Under the pieces are notes generated by a model that had not been told where the DNA came from, did no database searches, and worked only from the letters and a program-made list of their open reading frames with translations. Below, piece after piece: positions 57,929 through 64,000 of a DNA stretch of 64,000 nt (within the stretch, counting starts at the first letter, position 1; each line of letters opens with the position of its first letter). Location of the stretch: NCBI GenBank assembly GCA_050506795.1, contig JBJHCF010000001.1, positions 96,001-160,000 on the forward strand, written 5' to 3'. The position numbers and the translations under genes were made by a program. The stretch comes from Opitutia bacterium (GTDB lineage Bacteria; Verrucomicrobiota; Verrucomicrobiia; Opitutales; T3Sed10-336).

Positions 57929-59770
57929 TCACCGATGTTTTCGAAAGAATGCGAGAAGGTCATCGTACATTGAAGAGGTAATCGTGTGCCCAACTCCGGG
58001 GTATACGATGAAGGTCGCATTTGCTCCGACCGAATTGTAAATGGATTCCGCCAGCGGCCAGCGGTTGGCCAGAAGCGGCTCGGAAGGCCAGTTCAGGAAT
58101 TGATTCACCAGATTCTTTTCTCCAGCAGTCATCCCTCGGGTGTCGAAAGCATCGTTGGTATCGGCGCCCCCGACGTAGATGTAAAGCGGCACCTGCCGAA
58201 AGGATTCGAGATTAAAGCTTTGGCCGGTCAGTGATTCGATGTCCTGAATACCCATTGGATACTTCAGAGGCGTTCCCTGCCAGGATCCGACCGGAGCAAG
58301 CGGCCAGCCTCCTGGTGAGCCGGGCGCCGCGGCTTTGATTCGTTGCGGATGGAGAAGGGTCAGGCGACTGGTGAAGGCTCCCGATGCGGAGAATCCCATG
58401 AGGAAGACTTTTTCGTCCACCATTATTCCGTCCCGGTTAAGTCGTTCAACCGCATCATCGATCATGGCCAGAAGCTGAAGGTCGATTCGTTCCAGACCAC
58501 GCCAGCCGGTATCGAGGCTGTAACGATCAAGCGCATGGATGTAGATTCCTCCGGGTTCGGGTGCGGGTGGCGAGACCGGCCTGGGGAATGCGGGAACGAG
58601 CAGAGGCGAGCCGAGCCTGATGGCGAACGAGGCTTGACGGTTTATTAGCTTGCGGGCCGCAGCTTCATGGAACCAGGGATCGTCGCTCACGGTTCCCGTG
58701 TTGTTCGGTTCGACGAGCAGCGTTGCCGGAGCTTCTATTGTCTGGGGTATCATGAGGAAATAGGGCCAGTAGAATCCGCTCTCCGGGTTTGAATCGATTC
58801 TTTGCACCGGTGGGTCGGCGGTTTTGAAGCTTAGAACATAATCGTCTGGAAGCAGTTCACCCGATATGGAACGGAAAAATATCGGTCGAAGATAAACTTC
58901 CTGCCCGTAATGAGGTGTGCCGGCCGTGCTCCGCCGCACGAAAGCGGTTTGCCGATCATTCGACCATTCAAGAGTCCACGGGTACCAACTCCTGCTTTCA
59001 AATCCACCGGTCGGCATCATCGGCTCGCTGAAGTGAAATTCAATGGTTTCGATCCATGGATCCACGTTGCGCTCGTTGTTGGGCGGAAAAGTCGAAACGA
59101 TCCGCAGGCCCGATGCGGGAGCCAAGGCGGTGGTGAAGGAGAAGGTGTACGGGGCGAGGGCAGCGCCGGCCAAGTCGGCAAACCCGCTGCCTTCGGGATT
59201 GAGCGTGAAGTTAAGCGTTGTCAGTTGGGGCAATTCCGAGGTTGTGTCAATTCGATGGATTTCCGCCGTACGGTGGTCGTCAGTCCAGGTCACAAACGAC
59301 GAGCCCCATTGGCCATCCGTTTGAATCGAAGCAGCACCGGACATTTTGCGGTTGAAGCTGACTCTCACTCGATCCAGGTCATTGGCCACCCCAGTGGTTT
59401 GATTTCGCGGTTCAGTGGCGACCACCAGAGGTGGGTTTGATCCGCGAGCGAGGATTATACGGAAGAAACGAGAATCCGGAACCGGGGAAACAACCGGCCC
59501 CGGCAGGACGGTTTCGTAACGGCCGGGCTGGACACACCAGATCGACACCCCATGCCAGGGCGTCCAGACCCCGTCGGGAGCGAGGCTTGAACGCTGTTCG
59601 ATTCCGTAAGGAGTAGGCGGTGAAGAATCGAAGAACACCACCCGAAGATTCCCGTCGGGAAGAAGCTCGACGTCCGATACCGTCAGTTCGGAACGCAGCG
59701 CGATCGAACCCGCAAGTACGAAAAAAAGAACCACCGCTAACACTCCGCCTCGTAGGGATGGCGTTGTCAT
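57929..59770 (-). CDS. Secreted Ig-like (Big_5/SbsA-type) plus alpha/beta hydrolase protein
   Basis: Two Ig-like domains (FNRKM...SFTT and FSEPM...SFKT), GFSASG nucleophile elbow and YPGVGH. Confidence 0.75.
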   Translation of the reverse strand: MTTPSLRGGVLAVVLFFVLAGSIALRSELTVSDVELLPDGNLRVVFFDSSPPTPYGIEQRSSLAPDGVWTPWHGVSIWCVQPGRYETVLPGPVVSPVPDSRFFRIILARGSNPPLVVATEPRNQTTGVANDLDRVRVSFNRKMSGAASIQTDGQWGSSFVTWTDDHRTAEIHRIDTTSELPQLTTLNFTLNPEGSGFADLAGAALAPYTFSFTTALAPASGLRIVSTFPPNNERNVDPWIETIEFHFSEPMMPTGGFESRSWYPWTLEWSNDRQTAFVRRSTAGTPHYGQEVYLRPIFFRSISGELLPDDYVLSFKTADPPVQRIDSNPESGFYWPYFLMIPQTIEAPATLLVEPNNTGTVSDDPWFHEAAARKLINRQASFAIRLGSPLLVPAFPRPVSPPAPEPGGIYIHALDRYSLDTGWRGLERIDLQLLAMIDDAVERLNRDGIMVDEKVFLMGFSASGAFTSRLTLLHPQRIKAAAPGSPGGWPLAPVGSWQGTPLKYPMGIQDIESLTGQSFNLESFRQVPLYIYVGGADTNDAFDTRGMTAGEKNLVNQFLNWPSEPLLANRWPLAESIYNSVGANATFIVYPGVGHTITSSMYDDLLAFFRKHR

Positions 59771-60031
59771 GGCACCTCCTGTAAATTCCGCTCAGGGAAT
59801 AACGGGAACATAGTGAACGGTGACCTTCATGGCAAGCGAAGGAGCAGTTCACAAACGGGTTATTAGAACCCCATACCGCGTTCAGTAGTGCAATCGTTTG
59901 TTCGGCGAAGTTCGAAGTCAAAGCCCTTCTTCTTCGGGCGGCGGCGGCGAAGCGTTTGGCTTAGACGTCATGGACGTTTCCCGTCGTCTTTTTGTGTGGA
60001 CTCGCCGGGGGGGGTGGCGTTGATTCTCGCT

Positions 60032-61441
60032 ATGGAGCATGAGCGGATTTTGCAACGTTTCGAGGAAGCCGGGCAGGGTCAGGTTTTTCGGTTTTGGAAC
60101 GACCTGAACTTATCCGAACGGGAAGGTCTGGTTGCCCAGGCGGCGGAGATTGATCTCGACGAGTTCGGGGGGTTGCTGGCCGGGGAGGGCGACCACGGAC
60201 TGGGCGACCTGAATTCGCTGGAGCCGGCGCCTTACGTACCGCTGCCCCCGGAGCCGGGACTGGACGCCGAGTGGTCGGCGGCCCGCAGGAAAGGCGAGGA
60301 GCTTTTGCGGGCCGGCAAGGTGGCCGCATTTACCGTCGCCGGGGGACAGGGAACCCGTCTCGGATTCGACGGACCCAAAGGCACGTTTCCGGTCACTCCG
60401 ATAAAAGGAAAATCCCTCTTCCATGTTTTCGCGGAGAAAATCCGGGCGGCGGAAACGCGCTATTCAACCGTCATTCCCTGGCTCGTCATGACCAGTCATG
60501 TTAACCACGATGCCACGGTGGCGTTCTTCGAAGAAAACGCCTATTTTGGACTGGATCGCGGGGCGGTGTATTTCTTTCGCCAGGGGCGTATGCCGGCGGT
60601 GGACCTCGACGGTCGGATTCTCCTGGAGTCCAAAGCGAGCATTGCCATGACTCCCGACGGTCACGGCGGGTCGCTGCGGGCCATGGTCCGGACGGGCGTT
60701 CTGGAAAAGCTGCGCGAGCGGGGGATCGAAGTGGTCAGCTACTTCCAGGTAGACAATCCCCTGGTGCGGGTGATCGATCCGTTCTTTATTGGTTTTCACG
60801 CCCTTTCGGGCTCCGAAATGTCCAGCAAGATGCTCCCGAAAGCCCATCCAGGAGAGAAGATCGGCGTTTTTTGCCGGCGCGCCGGCAAGACTCTGGTGGT
60901 GGAGTACAGCGACCTGCCCGATGCGGTGGCACGGGCGGAAGACGACCAGGGCCGTGTGCGTTTCCTGGCCGGCAGTATTGCCATTCACCTGCTGGATCTC
61001 GATTTTGTCGGCCGGGTGGCGGGCGCCGGAGGCGCCTTGCCGTTTCACCGGGCGCGCAAGAAGGTGCCCCACGTCGACGCGACCGGCGCGCCGGTCAAAC
61101 CGGCGGAACCCAACGCCATCAAATTCGAGATGTTCGTCTTTGACGCTCTGCCGCAAGCCGCCAATCCCCTGGTGTTGGAAACGGCGCGTCAGGTCGAATT
61201 CAGTCCGGTCAAGAACGCGACCGGCGACGATTCCAGGGAAACTTGCACCCGCGACCAGTTGCGCCAGTTCGCCCGGTGGTTTCGGGCTGCCGGAGTCGAA
61301 ATGGAGGTGGACCCTGAAGGTCGGCCTTCCGCGACGATCGAAGTCAGTCCGCTTTTCGCCGTCGATGAAGAAAGCTTCCGGGAGTCCTGGAACCGGCTTC
61401 CGGAAAAGCCGGAGATCCGCCCGGGCCTTTATCTCGAGTGA
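60032..61441 (+). CDS. UDP-N-acetylhexosamine pyrophosphorylase (UDPGP type 1 family)
   Basis: AGGQGTRLG..PKG, PDGHGG, QVDNPL, VEYSD, KFEMFVFD and FSPVKN. Confidence 0.9.
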   Translation: MEHERILQRFEEAGQGQVFRFWNDLNLSEREGLVAQAAEIDLDEFGGLLAGEGDHGLGDLNSLEPAPYVPLPPEPGLDAEWSAARRKGEELLRAGKVAAFTVAGGQGTRLGFDGPKGTFPVTPIKGKSLFHVFAEKIRAAETRYSTVIPWLVMTSHVNHDATVAFFEENAYFGLDRGAVYFFRQGRMPAVDLDGRILLESKASIAMTPDGHGGSLRAMVRTGVLEKLRERGIEVVSYFQVDNPLVRVIDPFFIGFHALSGSEMSSKMLPKAHPGEKIGVFCRRAGKTLVVEYSDLPDAVARAEDDQGRVRFLAGSIAIHLLDLDFVGRVAGAGGALPFHRARKKVPHVDATGAPVKPAEPNAIKFEMFVFDALPQAANPLVLETARQVEFSPVKNATGDDSRETCTRDQLRQFARWFRAAGVEMEVDPEGRPSATIEVSPLFAVDEESFRESWNRLPEKPEIRPGLYLE

Positions 61442-61574
61442 GGCGGTGTCTGGGTTATAACCACCAGGAAGACCGAGATGGCAAAAGGGGACCGGGCTGG
61501 GCCAAAGGCGTGCGACGTTTCCTCATTCACTTCAACCTTTTAACCACGCCCATTCTTTTGCATAACTGACACTC

Positions 61575-62774
61575 ATGAAAGACGCCGCCATTGAAAAAGT
61601 CATCCAGGCTCTCAACGGTCTGGAAATCGAAATTCCCAGTTGGGGGTTCGCCGATACCGGCACCCGTTTCGGCAAGTACCTGCAGGACGCCGCCGCCATC
61701 GACCTGAACGATAAGCTGTCGGACGCCGGACAGGTCAATCGCTACGCCGGCAACTGTCCCCAGGTTGCGGTGCACGTGCAGTGGGACTTCGACGACCAAA
61801 CGCGTCCCTCGGATGTTGTTGAGTTGGCCGGAAGGCACGGTGTGCGTATCGGGTCGATCAACCCCAACTTGTTTCAGGATCAATGCTACAAGTACGGTTC
61901 GTTCGGCAATCCCGACCCGGCCGTGCGCGAGAGGGCGGTCAAACACGTGGTCGATTCGATTGAACTCGGCCGGGAGGTGAAGAGCAAGGTGGTCACGTTG
62001 TGGTTCGCCGACGGCACGAATTACCCGGGGCAGGACAGCATTCGGGACCGCAAGCGCCGTTTCCAGGACTGCCTGCAGGTTTGTCACGAGAAACTCGGCC
62101 ACGACCAGACACTGCTGGTCGAGTACAAACCCTTTGAACCCGCCTTTTATCACACCGATATCGCCGACTGGGGCATGTCCTATGTGCTCTCCAAAAAAGC
62201 CGGTCCGCAGGCGAAGGTGCTGGTCGATACGGGGCATCACTACCTGTCGCAGAATATCGAACAGATCGTGGCCTTTCTCCTGGATGAGGAGATGCTGGGC
62301 GGCTTCCACTTCAACGACCGGCGTTACGCCGATGACGACCTCACTCTCGGGTCCATAGACCCCTACCAGATCTTCCGTATCTTCAACGAGATTCTGGCCT
62401 ATCGGACGGAAACGGGAAGTGTGCCCGATATCGCCTACATGGTGGACCAATCGCACAACCTGAAACCCAAGATTCAGGCCATGATCCAGACCGTGGTGAC
62501 CGCGCAGGAAATCTTCGCCAAGGCGGCATTGGTCGATCGTGAGGCTTTGGCAAAGGCGCGCAAGGCCGCCAGTGAAATCGACGCCGAAGAATGCCTCCGC
62601 CGGGCGTTCTTCACCGACGTCACTCCGGCACTGCACACCTGGCGCAAATCACGCGGTTTGTCGGAAGACCCGCTCGGCGCGTATCGGGAAAGTGGTTACG
62701 AAGCTGCCGCCGGCAGGGAGCGCGCGCAGCGACGTAAAGACCTCGGTCTTGGTTCCGGCGGCTCCTACGCCTGA
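61575..62774 (+). CDS. rhaI: L-rhamnose isomerase (RhaI-type)
   Basis: PSWGFADTGTRF, WFADGTNYPG, EYKPFEP, DTGHH, HFNDRRYADDDL and DQSHN. Confidence 0.85.
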   Translation: MKDAAIEKVIQALNGLEIEIPSWGFADTGTRFGKYLQDAAAIDLNDKLSDAGQVNRYAGNCPQVAVHVQWDFDDQTRPSDVVELAGRHGVRIGSINPNLFQDQCYKYGSFGNPDPAVRERAVKHVVDSIELGREVKSKVVTLWFADGTNYPGQDSIRDRKRRFQDCLQVCHEKLGHDQTLLVEYKPFEPAFYHTDIADWGMSYVLSKKAGPQAKVLVDTGHHYLSQNIEQIVAFLLDEEMLGGFHFNDRRYADDDLTLGSIDPYQIFRIFNEILAYRTETGSVPDIAYMVDQSHNLKPKIQAMIQTVVTAQEIFAKAALVDREALAKARKAASEIDAEECLRRAFFTDVTPALHTWRKSRGLSEDPLGAYRESGYEAAAGRERAQRRKDLGLGSGGSYA

Positions 62775-63526
62775 CCGTCCTGACAGCGGTTCTCCCGGAA
62801 AAGCCGGATCGCGGTGGTCACGGCGATCACCTGGGCTTCGATACGGGTTTCGAGCGGAAGTGCGCTCGGAGTTTCGAAGGTGTAGGACAAATGAGGGTAC
62901 AGAGTGACGTGATAGATCGCTTCGGGCCAGTTGTCCGGTTCGTCCGGATGGGGAGGGTGCCGTATGACTCCCGGCGCCGCGGTGCGATGGCTGTCAAGTT
63001 CGGACCGCTTTTCGGGCGGGATGACCGGGCTGACCGCGTGCACGATTTCCTCGCCGTAGCGCGGACGCCCGGCGCAGTCGATTTCATAGAGGTAAAACCC
63101 TTCGGTTTCCCAATCCTCATGCATGGATAGGTAGAGGTCATTGGGCGGAATGCTCCCCAGCCATCTGGCATGTTCGGCTGCCTCGACCGTCCTCAGGCTG
63201 CGGTAATCCCGATTCAGGTCGATCCCTTCGGGGGTTTCCCGGATGCCGGCGGCGTAGCCGCGGGGATTCAGCAGGGGACAGAGGGTCAAATGGACCGACG
63301 ACGAAAGGGCGTCAGTGGACAGCAGGCGTTCCATCGCCAGCGGCCCGGCGGGCTCGTCGCCGTGAATGCCGGACGAAAGGTACACCCGCGGCGAGCCGGG
63401 TTCCGCGGGGCGAACGAGTCCCAACAGGGGCAGACCCCCGCTTTCCCCCCACTGGACCACATTAAAACCGCCCCGGCGAGCCAGGTTCGCCAGCGAAATC
63501 AGCCATTGTTCAACCGGTTCGCTCAT
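62765..63526 (-). CDS. M14 family metallocarboxypeptidase/deacylase
   Basis: GIHGDEPAG, DLNRDY, MHEDWE and TFETPS. Confidence 0.85.
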   Translation of the reverse strand: MSEPVEQWLISLANLARRGGFNVVQWGESGGLPLLGLVRPAEPGSPRVYLSSGIHGDEPAGPLAMERLLSTDALSSSVHLTLCPLLNPRGYAAGIRETPEGIDLNRDYRSLRTVEAAEHARWLGSIPPNDLYLSMHEDWETEGFYLYEIDCAGRPRYGEEIVHAVSPVIPPEKRSELDSHRTAAPGVIRHPPHPDEPDNWPEAIYHVTLYPHLSYTFETPSALPLETRIEAQVIAVTTAIRLFRENRCQDGQA

Positions 63527-63570
63527 TCATCTCTTCGAATAAGACATCGCGCGGAAAGGCAGGGCCGTGT

Positions 63571-63915
63571 TCAACCCGGAGGCCACGCCAGTTTTCGGCC
63601 TCCCAGTAGATGGACGTGGAGGTGAGGAACCGCTTCTCCTCCGTGAGGGCCGTTATTGACCACCACCCGAAACCCTTCATCCAAGCCGAGTTTTTTTGCG
63701 GTCCGGGCGGCGATCAAGAGCAGGTGACCCAGTAATTCGGCGTCTTCGGCCTGAGCCTCGGCGATTCGGGGAATCGGCTTCCGGGGAACCACCAGGACAT
63801 GCGTTGGCGCTTTCGGGTCGATGTCCCGGAAGGCGATGCAGCGTTCATCCTCATACTCGATCTCGGCGGGAATTTCTCGATCGATGATTTTGCTGAAGAG
63901 AGATTTTTCGCTCAT
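63571..63915 (-). CDS. Histidine triad (HIT) nucleotide-binding protein
   Basis: FSKIIDREIP, DIDPKAPTH and HLHVHLL. Confidence 0.95.
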   Translation of the reverse strand: MSEKSLFSKIIDREIPAEIEYEDERCIAFRDIDPKAPTHVLVVPRKPIPRIAEAQAEDAELLGHLLLIAARTAKKLGLDEGFRVVVNNGPHGGEAVPHLHVHLLGGRKLAWPPG

Positions 63916-64000
63916 ATCGCCCAGTTTGGGCGCGGCGCGGCGGCGACGCAAGTCCGGGAACGCGACAGGTCGAATTGGCGGACGGTGGCGTACCCAACGC

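Overview
GC-rich bacterial chromosomal window, most likely from Verrucomicrobiota (Opitutales-like). This is inferred from the H-X9-DG prepilin-like proteins, the many Tat-exported Gfo/Idh/MocA proteins and the lineage-type secreted modules. No rRNA, tRNA, CRISPR array or transposase was recognised. Bases 1-11.4 kb form an accessory island bracketed by two paralogous prepilin-like genes. It holds an AT-richer ECF sigma / MauE-like / Cys-rich secreted peptide cassette and a putative furanose glycosylation module (GtrA, UGM-like flavoenzyme, two GT-C-like paralogues, one split inside a heptamer repeat). It is punctuated by paired inverted 9-mer repeats and a (TC)18 tract. The rest of the window carries an imuA-imuB-dnaE2 cassette, glycoside hydrolases (two GH2, GH43, GH39, GH127), five Tat-exported oxidoreductases, a double RCC1-propeller surface protein and a DoxX/Gfo/ApbE/GT-C/GT2 cluster. 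Housekeeping genes include def, a UDPGP-family pyrophosphorylase, rhamnose isomerase, an M14 peptidase and a HIT protein. The most striking gene is a bacterial homologue of plant phosphoglucan water dikinase fused to a TIM barrel (30898-34353). All calls come from reading motifs by eye; no searches were run.
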